Shown here one piece after another: positions 46,557-55,758 of a stretch of DNA of 64,000 bases. The position numbers were made by a program, and so were the translations under genes. A model generated the notes under the pieces. It made no database searches, was not told the DNA's origin, and saw nothing but the letters and a program-made list of their open reading frames with translations. Position 1 is the first letter of the stretch, and every line of letters begins with the position of its first letter. The DNA is from Candidatus Aenigmatarchaeota archaeon (GTDB lineage: Archaea; Aenigmatarchaeota; Aenigmatarchaeia; QMZP01; QMZT01): assembly GCA_963726265.1 (NCBI GenBank), contig CAVSBQ010000002.1, positions 64,001-128,000 on the forward strand, given 5' to 3'.

Positions 46557-46609
46557 TTTATCAGTTTAGTATTTGTTTTGACCATTATATAAAGCTCAGT
46601 GTGTCGAAT

Positions 46610-46633
46610 TTCCGAAAATAAGTATTTTCGGAA
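46610..46633. promoter_or_regulatory. Perfect 11-2-11 inverted repeat upstream of the recombinase promoter
   Basis: TTCCGAAAATA-AG-TATTTTCGGAA; a TATA-like TTTATATAA (minus strand) lies at ~46585..46593. Confidence 0.65.
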
Positions 46634-46742
46634 GTAGGGGTTCTGAAGCTAAACGTGTTTTCCCATGGGTTTTTCGGCCGGATAGGCCGTCCCACCAGGT
46701 AAAACATGGTTAGAAAAACAAATGTCTGGAATAAGACTAAAA

Positions 46743-47105
46743 TCACGCAGGTTTTTTCTCGGCTTTCTTTTCCTTCTTGACAGGCTGCTTGGCCTGCTTC
46801 CTGCACTTGTCCTCGACCTGGATAAGTTTCTTCTTGACGGCCTCCATGTTGTGCGCTATGTCCCAGCCGTCGTCGGTCAGCTTGACCCCCTTTATGCGCC
46901 CCTTTTTGTCAAAGACTACCAGGCCCATGACCTGCAGGACGTCGAGGATCTTTATCGTGTGCGAATACGTGCAGTCCGCTTCCTTTGAAAGGATGGTCGC
47001 GTAAACAGGCCCTTTCGCCGTCTTCAGCGCGAGCAGTATCCTAGCCGGTTTCTCTCTTAAAAACAAGTCTTCCAATATCGGTTTATCAACCGAGAGTTCT
47101 GCCAT
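46743..47105 (-). CDS. Archaeal winged-helix (MarR-like) DNA-binding protein
   Basis: EKPARILLAL..YATILSKEADCTYSHTIKIL..GLVVFDKKGRIKGVKLT; Lys-rich tail. Confidence 0.85.
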   Translation of the reverse strand: MAELSVDKPILEDLFLREKPARILLALKTAKGPVYATILSKEADCTYSHTIKILDVLQVMGLVVFDKKGRIKGVKLTDDGWDIAHNMEAVKKKLIQVEDKCRKQAKQPVKKEKKAEKKPA

Positions 47106-47199
47106 GTTATATTTTATAACAATTAGAAATATAAACGTTATCTATGTATTAAAACCGCTATTTTTTCCCAAATAGTTTATAATATATATTTTTTATTAA

Positions 47200-47298
47200 A
47201 TTTATTTTAATATATTTTTTTAAAAATATAATTTATAAAATATATACTAAAAAATATAGTTTGGACAGTTTTCCAGATTTTCACAAAAAGTGAGGGTT
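47200..47298 (-). repeat. Right arm of the AT-rich inverted repeat
   Basis: ATATAATTTATAAAATATATACTAAA .. AAAAGTGAGGGTT. Confidence 0.7.
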
Positions 47299-47426
47299 AA
47301 AAGCGGAAGTGAGGCCTCGAAGCGAGGGGGTGCGGGAGGCGGCCGGAGAGGAAAACGCAAAAACCGACATGTATCGGGCATGTTTTTGAAAAAAAGCCTT
47401 ACCGAAAACAATTGGCAGTAAACGGC

Positions 47427-49775
47427 TCAGATTTCAGCTATCTTGGTCACGCCGTCGATTTCCTTGTCGCGCTCGAGACGATAGGTCGAGCCCGTGATGT
47501 AATCCGACAGCCGCTCCTCGTGCGTTATCAGGAAGACCTGGTCGATGATGTTTTCCATCTTGTCCCTGAGAACTGAGCCGAAATGCTCAATGGCGTTCCT
47601 GTCCAGGTTGTGCGTCGGCTCATCCAGAATCAGCCAGCGCAGGTTCGGCGTGAACGCGAGCGAGAACGCGATCCTCAGCGCGAGCGACGCGAGCGAGCGC
47701 TCGCCACCCGACACGGCGTCCGCGTTAAGCCATCCCTTCGCCGCCTTGAGCTGAAGAACATAATCCTTGTCGACGAGCATGCGTATCTCGGAGAAGTCTC
47801 CGTATGGATAAAGCTCCTCCCATATCTGGTTCATTATGTAATTCACGGTCTTCAGGAACTCGTCCCTCAGCTGGTCCTGCGTGCTTCGAAGGACAGAGAT
47901 GAAAACGTCCATGGATACCGTGAGCTTCTCGTATGCCGCAACGTCCTTCTTGTAGCGCAGGAACGTGTTCCTCTGCACCTCCAGGTCGCGCAGCGCGGCG
48001 GTTTTCTCCTTCACCATCTCCTGCAGGGCGTCGAGTTTCGCCTCCAGCGACCTTGAGCTTCCGACCGCCTCCTGGAGCTCGGCTCTCAGCGCCTTTATGT
48101 CCTTGCCCTTCGTTTTCTTCGCAAGCGCCTTCCTGTGCTTCTCGAGGCTTTTCAGCTGCTTCGCCAGCTCGCCTCTCTCCTTATTCAGCGCTTCGAATTC
48201 CTCCTTCTCCCTGAGCAGGCTTTCATCCCTCGCCATCTTCAGGCGCATTTTTTCGAGCAGCTGCCTGGCGCGCTTTTCCTCCGCCTGCCTTTTCTGTATG
48301 TCAGCGGCGATGCTACCGACTTCCTTCATGAGCATGCCGATTTTGTCCTCGCTGTCCTTTATCTTGTCCCTGAGCGGGTCAAGCTCCTTCAGCTCATTCC
48401 TCAGCTCCGAGTATTGCCCGATGCCATTCTTGAAACCCTCGATTTGCGCCGCCTCTTTCGCTTCGTTTTCCTTCGCCTCCCTGAGCCGCAGGTCTATTTC
48501 TCCCATGTGCTTCAGCCTGTGCTCCAGCAGCTCTTTCTTGCGTTCGCCCGTCAGATGCGACTCGCAAACGGGGCATTTGTCTCCCGCGCCTTTCAGCTCG
48601 GACAGGCCTTTCTCCACAGCCTCCCTCTCCGCGGCGAGCGCGTATAATTTTTTGCGGAGCGCGTCCAGGCTCTCCAGCATCTCGCCCAGCTTCTTGTCCG
48701 GGTTTTCGCCGAGCGCGGCCTCGAGCTTCTTCAAGCGCAGCTCGTTTTCCTTGCCCGCGGAGAGGCGGAGTTTCGCGTCCTTTATCTGCTCGCGGAAAAA
48801 ATGAATCCTCCCGTTCTTGGTCGCCACGCCATCGCGCAGGATGCGTATCTCGCTCTCGAAGCCCTCGAGCCTCGCCTCCAGCCTGTAGGCTTCGCTCTTC
48901 GCCTGCTTCAGCGACTCCGGCGTCGTCTTCGCGGTTCCCCTGACCTTCAGCTTCCTGCTCTCGAGCTGCCTCTGCATCTCCGCGATGCGCGAGCTGAGCG
49001 AATCGCTTTTCCTGACTATGTCGTTAAGCATCCTGTCGTCGGCCTCGTATGTCACGACCTTTTCCGACAATCGCTTCCTTGCACGCTCGATGGCCGAGGC
49101 TTCGGAATTCAGCTTTTCGGCTTCGTTTTTTTTCCCAGCCAGCGTTTTTTCGAGATCGCTTGTTTTCTCCTCGAACCTGCGCCCCTTCATGTCCTCGACG
49201 ACCCTGAGCATCTCCTTCCTCCGCTCGAAAAGCCTGTTGCGTATCGAGACCGCCTTCTCCCTCGCCGTCTCGTAGCGGTCGAGCTTCAGCATGGCGTCTA
49301 TCTGCTGCATGCGCTTTCCCTTGGGAATCTGGAGGAAATAGTCCAGCGCGTTCTGCTCCGAGTAAACCGCGCGGGAAAACATGTCGTAATCCATCTGGAG
49401 GACGCGTTCGACTTCGCGGCTCACGCCCTGCGGGTTCACCTCGAGCAGCTTGCCGTTCTCGCGGATTTCAGCGGTCGTCGTCCCGCTGTCCCTCTTGACC
49501 ACCCTCTTCACGGAGTATTTTTTCCCGTTCGCGGCGAACTCGACCTCCACCGAGGCGGAGTCTTTGGAGCTCGGCTTGGACATGATGAGGTCGTCAAGCG
49601 AGAGCTTCCTGGAGCCGAGCGCGGAGAACGTGCCGAAAAGCGCGAAAGCGATTGCTTGCATCACGCTCGTCTTTCCGGAGCCCATGATGCCGAAAAGCGC
49701 ATTCACGCCTTTGGAGAATTCGAGCTCCGAGTTGAGATGCGATTTCCAGTTGACGAGCCTGACGCGCGTGATCAT
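47427..49775 (-). CDS. rad50: Rad50/SbcC-type SMC ATPase with Zn hook
   Basis: Walker A GIMGSGKTS, Q-loop YSEQ, coiled coils around CPVC, signature VSGGE, Walker B LILDEPT, ITH. Confidence 0.88.
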   Translation of the reverse strand: MITRVRLVNWKSHLNSELEFSKGVNALFGIMGSGKTSVMQAIAFALFGTFSALGSRKLSLDDLIMSKPSSKDSASVEVEFAANGKKYSVKRVVKRDSGTTTAEIRENGKLLEVNPQGVSREVERVLQMDYDMFSRAVYSEQNALDYFLQIPKGKRMQQIDAMLKLDRYETAREKAVSIRNRLFERRKEMLRVVEDMKGRRFEEKTSDLEKTLAGKKNEAEKLNSEASAIERARKRLSEKVVTYEADDRMLNDIVRKSDSLSSRIAEMQRQLESRKLKVRGTAKTTPESLKQAKSEAYRLEARLEGFESEIRILRDGVATKNGRIHFFREQIKDAKLRLSAGKENELRLKKLEAALGENPDKKLGEMLESLDALRKKLYALAAEREAVEKGLSELKGAGDKCPVCESHLTGERKKELLEHRLKHMGEIDLRLREAKENEAKEAAQIEGFKNGIGQYSELRNELKELDPLRDKIKDSEDKIGMLMKEVGSIAADIQKRQAEEKRARQLLEKMRLKMARDESLLREKEEFEALNKERGELAKQLKSLEKHRKALAKKTKGKDIKALRAELQEAVGSSRSLEAKLDALQEMVKEKTAALRDLEVQRNTFLRYKKDVAAYEKLTVSMDVFISVLRSTQDQLRDEFLKTVNYIMNQIWEELYPYGDFSEIRMLVDKDYVLQLKAAKGWLNADAVSGGERSLASLALRIAFSLAFTPNLRWLILDEPTHNLDRNAIEHFGSVLRDKMENIIDQVFLITHEERLSDYITGSTYRLERDKEIDGVTKIAEI

Positions 49776-50004
49776 ATCCAACCCTCTACCCAATCCCCAA
49801 TGTCGTGGTACGAAACAATACTGTAGAAAGATTGATTCGGGAATTTTTAAGTTTGGAGGGAGTTTTTTTCCGGTCCGCACGTCCTATATATTATAATGCA
49901 TAATTTTTATTAAAAATATATAAAAAAGTATATAAAGGCCCTGCGGAAAATAATATGCAAACACGATAGACAAAAAGAATCGCAATGAAAACAGGGCGTT
50001 GCTT

Positions 50005-50355
50005 ATGGCATGCAGTTTGAATTTCAGCAATTGGGTGCAGGACGATAGTGTGAAGGAATATCTGGGACCTGGCAAAAAAGATGCGTTTATGGGATTGTAT
50101 TTGAAAAAGATATCAGCCTTCTTCCCGCCAGTAATATTCTATCAGATTGAAGGCTCGGCTGAAGCCAGCCTCGACCTGATTCCAAGGCATGAATTTCCCG
50201 CCGACCTTGAGCACTTGCAAAGGCTCGTGTGCCGCGGCCACAAGGATGACGGAAGAGGAATTGTTGGAACATGCAACGGCTGCCCCTACAGAGAGAATGC
50301 GCTGTCTGCGCTGCCAGAAGGCGGCTCTGACAAACTGGTGAGGTTTCAGGACTGA
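50005..50355 (+). CDS. Hypothetical protein
   Basis: ~116-aa ORF with C..CNGCPY. Confidence 0.45.
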   Translation: MACSLNFSNWVQDDSVKEYLGPGKKDAFMGLYLKKISAFFPPVIFYQIEGSAEASLDLIPRHEFPADLEHLQRLVCRGHKDDGRGIVGTCNGCPYRENALSALPEGGSDKLVRFQD

Positions 50356-50456
50356 CTCTGAGGCCCGCTCTGGCATTTTTTTAATTATGCCTTTTGCCGT
50401 TTTGCCGCCCCACGTTTATAAACCAAAACCGCATATAATCAACATATCTTAGGGTG

Positions 50457-51806
50457 ATGCCGATAAGCGAAAAAGTGTCTGAAAAAACGGAGAGACAGGA
50501 CAAGGTTGACAGACAGGAAAAGGCCGACAAGCTTGAAAAAGCCGGAAGGGTTGAAAAAACCGAAAAGGCGGGCAAGGCGGAAAAGCTGGACAGGAGGCTC
50601 GTTCCCGATTTCAACATAGGGATTGTCGGCCACGTTGACCACGGCAAAACCACGCTTACCGAAGCGCTCACTGGCAAATGGACGGACACGCATTCAGAGG
50701 AGATAAAGCGCGGCATATCCATACGCCTCGGCTATGCCGAGATGACGGTTTACAGATGCCCGAAATGCAAGGACGCGAAAATGTATTCGCTCACGCAGAA
50801 ATGCATCAACTGTTTTTCCAGCTGCGAGCCGGTGCGGACCATCTCGTTCGTCGACGCGCCGGGCCACGAGACGCTGATGGCGACCGTGCTTTCGGGCGCG
50901 GCGCTCATGGACGGCGCCCTGCTGATAATCGCGGCCAACGAGGAATGCCCGCAGCCGCAGACGCTGGAGCACCTTACCACGCTGAACATCGTCGGCATAC
51001 GCAAGATAATAATCGTGCAGACGAAAATCGACCTGGTCACCAAGGAGCAGGCGCTCGCGAACTACATGCAGATAAAGGCTTTCGTCAAGGGGACGATAGC
51101 CGAGAACGCGCCCATAGTGCCGATATCCTCGAGGCAGCGCGTCAATCTCGACGCGCTTGTCGAAACGATCGACCACGTCATGAAAGTCCCCGAACGCGAC
51201 CCGAAGAAGACGCCGAAGTTCCTCATAGCGAGGTCGTTCGACGTCAACAAGCCGGGGACGGCGATAGAGAAACTCGAGGGCGGGGTCATCGGCGGCTCGC
51301 TCACGCAAGGAAGGCTGAAAGTCGGCGACGAGATTGAAATAAAGCCCGGCATAAAGATCAGGGAAAAATACGAACCCGTCAGGACGAGGATTACCGGCCT
51401 GCAGAAGGCGGGAAAGCACATGGAGGAGATAGAGCCGGGCGGCCTCGCGGGCGTTTCGACCACACTGGACCCTTACCTCACGAAATCCGATTCGCTTTCC
51501 GGCAGCATCGCCAGCATACGCGGCAAGCTGCCTCCGGTGATCGAGCGCATGCGCATCAGAACGACGCTGTTCAAGAGGGTCGTGGGAACCAAGGAAAGCA
51601 TGGAGGTCGGCGACCTCAAGACGAAGGACATGCTCATGGTCACGCTCGCCACGATGAGGACCACGGGCGTGGTGATTTCGGCCAGGGCGAATGACGTCGA
51701 CATACAGCTCAAGAGCCCGCTGTGCGCGGACAAGGGTGAAAAGATCGCGGTGTCGAAGCTTTTCTCCGGCAGGTGGAGGCTCATAGGCTACGGGGAAATC
51801 GCTTAA
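50457..51806 (+). CDS. eif2g: Translation initiation factor 2 gamma subunit
   Basis: GHVDHGKTT, HSEEIKRGISIRLGYA, Zn knuckle, DAPGHETLMATVLSGA and RWRLIGYG. Confidence 0.97.
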   Translation: MPISEKVSEKTERQDKVDRQEKADKLEKAGRVEKTEKAGKAEKLDRRLVPDFNIGIVGHVDHGKTTLTEALTGKWTDTHSEEIKRGISIRLGYAEMTVYRCPKCKDAKMYSLTQKCINCFSSCEPVRTISFVDAPGHETLMATVLSGAALMDGALLIIAANEECPQPQTLEHLTTLNIVGIRKIIIVQTKIDLVTKEQALANYMQIKAFVKGTIAENAPIVPISSRQRVNLDALVETIDHVMKVPERDPKKTPKFLIARSFDVNKPGTAIEKLEGGVIGGSLTQGRLKVGDEIEIKPGIKIREKYEPVRTRITGLQKAGKHMEEIEPGGLAGVSTTLDPYLTKSDSLSGSIASIRGKLPPVIERMRIRTTLFKRVVGTKESMEVGDLKTKDMLMVTLATMRTTGVVISARANDVDIQLKSPLCADKGEKIAVSKLFSGRWRLIGYGEIA

Positions 51807-51900
51807 TATAAGCCGCGCCCCGCCGCCGAAAAGATTTAAATAACAGAAGCGATAATCAAATACACGCAAATCATAGTGCATTTAAATTTGGAGGTAAAAC

Positions 51901-52311
51901 ATGGCAATAATCGGCCTGAGTTTCAACTCGGTTGAGGCGAAGAGGGACAAGGAACAGAGGATCAAGGCGGAGATAAAGGTCAATTCCGTGCCGAGGATAA
52001 ACAACATAAAAGAGGTTACGATTTCAACGCTCGGCGACAAGAAGGTGCTTTCGCTCGACTTCGATTTCGTCACGACATACGACCCGAGGGTCGGCGAGAT
52101 AAAGATCGGAGGCGACTTGCTCTACATGACCGACGACAACAAAGCGCTGCTCAAGCAGTGGGACAAGGAGAAGAAAATCCCGGAGAAGCCTTCGTTGGAG
52201 ATTCTGAACTACCTGTTCAGGAGATGCCTGATAAAGGTTTCCAACATCGCCGAGGACCTTCAGCTGCCGCCGCCGCTTCCGATGCCGACGGTGAAGCCGA
52301 AGGAGAAATAA
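51901..52311 (+). CDS. Conserved archaeal hypothetical protein (possibly SecB-like fold)
   Basis: GGAGGT SD; beta-rich N-terminus then a helix ending LQLPPPLP. Confidence 0.7.
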   Translation: MAIIGLSFNSVEAKRDKEQRIKAEIKVNSVPRINNIKEVTISTLGDKKVLSLDFDFVTTYDPRVGEIKIGGDLLYMTDDNKALLKQWDKEKKIPEKPSLEILNYLFRRCLIKVSNIAEDLQLPPPLPMPTVKPKEK

Positions 52312-52378
52312 ATTCTTTTTATTTACCCTTTTCTCTATTTTTATTTAGATTATTTTACGCAGCATAGGGTGGGATTCC

Positions 52379-52936
52379 ATGGCAAGGGAAATCGAGATAA
52401 AGTTCGCAGTAGGCAACGAAGAGAGGATGCTGCAGAAGCTCCTGCTGGCAGGCGCGAGGAAGGCTTCCGAAGGCTTCGAACACAACATCATCTTCGACGA
52501 CGGCGAGCTACGAACCAAGGGAATCCTGCTGCGGCTGCGCAAGAGCGACGAGAAAAGCGTCCTGACGTTCAAGACGGCCATACGCAAGGGCGAGTTCAAG
52601 GTGGCGGACGAGACCGAGATCGAAGTTAGCGACTTCCAGCGCGCCAGGGAAATCCTGGAGGGGCTGGGCTACGAGGTCTGGTGGATTTACGAGAAGCAGA
52701 AGACGACGTTCGTCCTCGGCGACGCGAAAATTTCGCTGGACAGGCTGCCCTTCGGGAAGTTCATCGAAATCGAGGGTTCCGAAGCCGGCATACGCAGCGC
52801 AATAATGAAGCTCGGCCTGGACCCGAAAAGAGGGATAAAGGAAACTTATCTCGAGCTCTACCAGAGCCGATGCAAGGAGAAAGGAATGGAGATGGAGAAC
52901 CTCATATTCTGGAGGAAGACGAGGATGAGCCTTTGA
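52379..52936 (+). CDS. CYTH-domain protein (class IV adenylate cyclase-like)
   Basis: EIEIKF, LRLR, LTFK, EIEV, YEK and FIEIEG. Confidence 0.9.
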   Translation: MAREIEIKFAVGNEERMLQKLLLAGARKASEGFEHNIIFDDGELRTKGILLRLRKSDEKSVLTFKTAIRKGEFKVADETEIEVSDFQRAREILEGLGYEVWWIYEKQKTTFVLGDAKISLDRLPFGKFIEIEGSEAGIRSAIMKLGLDPKRGIKETYLELYQSRCKEKGMEMENLIFWRKTRMSL

Positions 52937-52939
52937 TAT

Positions 52940-53503
52940 TCAGCGGAGCAGGGCCCTGATTTCTTTCAGCAGCAGCGGAAATTCCTTGTAACCAGCCTTC
53001 TCGTTGAAGTGGCCCGCGCCTTTGATAATCCTGATTTTTATTCCCAGATTGTCGGCGATTTCTTTGCCTCTCGCGACCGGGAGGTAAGGGTCGTTGTCCG
53101 CATGCCAGACCTCGAAGTGCCCGCAGTTCTTCGTTATCTTCTCCCAATCAAATCCCTGCGCGAAAAACGAGCGGTTTATCACGTCGAACTTTTCCCTGCC
53201 GACATCTCCCAGAAAACCTGAGATGAGGAACGCGGCTTTTATCGGTCTTTCCATAGATTCGATTTTTTTCAGGACGAAGGCGCAGCTTATGCTGTGGCCG
53301 ACGAGAATGGTGTCTGGCCCGATGTGCCTGTCCAGCTTTTCGAGAACCTTCAGCCAGTTTTCCAAGCTCTGGCCTTCGGGCGTGGGAAACGCTGGAACGA
53401 AAGCCTTGCAGCCGTATTTCCCGAGCGCTTGCCCGAGCCACTGATACCAGTTCTCGTCCGGACGGCCATACGCGCCGTGGCAGATGATGATATTCGACTC
53501 CAT
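52940..53503 (-). CDS. RBBP9/YdeN-family alpha/beta hydrolase
   Basis: HGAYGRPDENWYQWL, GHSIS, DNDPY and GAGHFN. Alternative start at 53533. Confidence 0.88.
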   Translation of the reverse strand: MESNIIICHGAYGRPDENWYQWLGQALGKYGCKAFVPAFPTPEGQSLENWLKVLEKLDRHIGPDTILVGHSISCAFVLKKIESMERPIKAAFLISGFLGDVGREKFDVINRSFFAQGFDWEKITKNCGHFEVWHADNDPYLPVARGKEIADNLGIKIRIIKGAGHFNEKAGYKEFPLLLKEIRALLR

Positions 53504-53525
53504 GTGATTCGCCGCGATGACATAA

Positions 53526-54290
53526 TCAGGCATGATGTTTTATGCTATCCTTTATCACAGCGGTATTTATATTCCATAACTGCCGCAGCCTTTTCCCGAG
53601 GAAGGGAAACCATTCCCCGTTTTCATTATGCCTCTGCTCCGGGCTGTAGGCGAAATCCATGTCACGCCCTTCAACCCTTTTTCCGCCGCGGATTGCACGC
53701 ATCACCGGTATGAAGTTTATTTCCCAGTGGTCTCCATAGGGCCCGTCATACTTGGTAAAATATTCTGAGCTTTCTCTGCTAAATGCCCTCGGCCCGAAAA
53801 ATATGTCCATGTCTCTTCCAGTGCAGATTTTCCAGACAAGATTGCCGACAGGCTCCGTTATTCTCTGGATAGCCGGGCACGACGCTTCCTTGAGCGAACG
53901 CCTCTCGGCAACGACGATATCGACCCCGTCCTCCAGTATCGGCTTGGCCATCGCGTCTATGCTGTCTAACAGATTGACTTTCTCCAGTTCGGTCAGCACT
54001 ATGACCTTCCTGCCGCTTTTATAGGCGCTGAGGATGGCCTTCCTTTTGCCCGGCCCTGATAATGAGCCTTCCTGCCGGCCGATGGAAAAACTGACTCCCA
54101 GACTTTCCATGTAATTCAGGAAACTTTCGTCCGAGCCGCCGTCGGAGACGAAAACGTCGTAGCCAAGTCCCCTGGCCTTTTCCAGGAACTGCCCGGCCAG
54201 CTTCATCCTGCACTTATAGCCTGCCAGGCTTGGATTGTAAAGGGAAACGGCAGCTATTGCCACGTCGCCGGCATATTTTGCCCCTTTCAT
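53526..54290 (-). CDS. GT-A fold glycosyltransferase-like protein
   Basis: VSDGGSD, PILEDGVDIVVAER and DIFFGPRAF. Confidence 0.65.
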   Translation of the reverse strand: MKGAKYAGDVAIAAVSLYNPSLAGYKCRMKLAGQFLEKARGLGYDVFVSDGGSDESFLNYMESLGVSFSIGRQEGSLSGPGKRKAILSAYKSGRKVIVLTELEKVNLLDSIDAMAKPILEDGVDIVVAERRSLKEASCPAIQRITEPVGNLVWKICTGRDMDIFFGPRAFSRESSEYFTKYDGPYGDHWEINFIPVMRAIRGGKRVEGRDMDFAYSPEQRHNENGEWFPFLGKRLRQLWNINTAVIKDSIKHHA

Positions 54291-54359
54291 GATAGCATCC
54301 TGGTTTTACTTTGGAGCAAAATTTTATAAAAAGTTGCTGTTCCTTCACTCGCTGATGCG

Positions 54360-54572
54360 CTATCTCCTGACGAGGCGTATGTCCTCGCCCGTGACAGTCT
54401 TCCTTCCAGCGTGCTTCGCGAACTTGACCGCATCCTGGGCGATTTCGTCGGCGATGCCTTCGATCACCACTGCGAACTCCTTCATCGCGGATTTCGAGAC
54501 GCGCTTCGCCCCCGCGTCCTTGAGGATGCGCTCGAACGGCGCCAGCGGAAGCCGCTGCTTTTTTTCAGACAT
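54360..54572 (-). CDS. Archaeal histone (HMf family)
   Basis: [33 protein letters not shown]. Confidence 0.95.
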   Translation of the reverse strand: MSEKKQRLPLAPFERILKDAGAKRVSKSAMKEFAVVIEGIADEIAQDAVKFAKHAGRKTVTGEDIRLVRR

Positions 54573-54805
54573 TTTCTCCCTCCCTGAAGCATAACCTAAA
54601 AAGGCTTGTGCGTTCTTTAAATTTGCCCATAAATGCTTATAAACTTTCTCCGCGGGTTCGGGGAGCTAAAAAATCTTTTTTTCGCCGTTTGGGCATGTTC
54701 GCACGCACGCTGAAAGTTAAAAGGAGCGAGCAGAGACTTTATTTTTCTTGAAAGTTTATAAAGATGTTTAAACATAATCTATAATTAAAACTTCGGAGGT
54801 AAACT

Positions 54806-54946
54806 ATGGCACAAGCATATTGCGTCAAATGCAGGAAAAAAGTTGAAATAAAGAACGAGCAGAGCGTAAGACTGAAGAACGGCAAGCCTGCAAAGAAAGG
54901 CATCTGCCCGGAATGCGGCACAAAGGTATTCAGGATCGGAAAGTAA
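54806..54946 (+). CDS. 46-aa basic Zn-ribbon protein (DUF5679-like); below the ORF-track cutoff
   Basis: Translates as MAQAYCVKCRKKVEIKNEQSVRLKNGKPAKKGICPECGTKVFRIGK; GGAGGT SD upstream. Confidence 0.88.
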   Translation: MAQAYCVKCRKKVEIKNEQSVRLKNGKPAKKGICPECGTKVFRIGK

Positions 54947-55052
54947 AACCCATTTCCTCTCTTTCCAGTTTTGATTGAAAATTAAAACTGTTTCATTGTC
55001 CTTTTTCTTTTATTCTTAACGGTATTTTAGCCCATTCGCCCAAATACGTATT

Positions 55053-55748
55053 ATGGATGCCCTCTCCTTCTGCAACGTGACGGTCCATCTCGGAAAAGTG
55101 AAGGCGCTTGACAACCTTTCATTCTCCGTCAGGGCGGGTGAAATTTTCGGCCTCGTGGGCCGGAACGGCTCAGGCAAAACGACCGCCCTGAAGGTGCTCT
55201 GCGGCCTCGTGAAGCCGAAGGAAGGCTATATCCTCCTGGACGGCCAGAAGGTAAGCGTCGACAGGAAGGAGTTCAAAAGGCTCATAGGCTACTGCCCGCA
55301 GGAAAACAGCTTCTTCGAAAAACTGACTGTGAGGGAGAACATGGAATATTTCGCCAGGCTTTACGACGTCGAAGGCACCGCCGCAAAGCTCATGGAAAGC
55401 ATCTCGAAATCCCTCTGCCTGGATGCCAGGATAAACGACATGGCATCCGGCCTGTCCGGAGGCATGAAAAGAAGGCTGAACATCGCCTGCGCCCTCATGC
55501 ACGAACCGCAGATACTGCTCATGGACGAACCGAGCATCGAGGTGGACCCGGTTTCCAGGGGCGAGCTGTGGAAGATGATAGAGATGATAAACAGGCTCGG
55601 GACCACCATAATAATCTCAAGCAACCACATGGAGGAAATAAACTACCTTTGCAACCGGGTGGCCTTCCTGGAGCAGGGCAGGAAGCTCTACGAAGGCGAC
55701 ACCCGCGAGGTCATGTCAGCCCTGCATTCAAGGGGCTTCGGGCCGTGA
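55053..55748 (+). CDS. ABC transporter ATP-binding protein
   Basis: GRNGSGKTT, LSGGMKRR and LLMDEP. Confidence 0.95.
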   Translation: MDALSFCNVTVHLGKVKALDNLSFSVRAGEIFGLVGRNGSGKTTALKVLCGLVKPKEGYILLDGQKVSVDRKEFKRLIGYCPQENSFFEKLTVRENMEYFARLYDVEGTAAKLMESISKSLCLDARINDMASGLSGGMKRRLNIACALMHEPQILLMDEPSIEVDPVSRGELWKMIEMINRLGTTIIISSNHMEEINYLCNRVAFLEQGRKLYEGDTREVMSALHSRGFGP

Positions 55749-55758
55749 TGGCGGTTTT

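Noticed and set aside
45700..47400. Integrated virus/plasmid or IS element
   Set aside because: The flanking repeats are inverted rather than direct att sites, there is no adjacent tRNA, and no transposase, replication or capsid genes are present.
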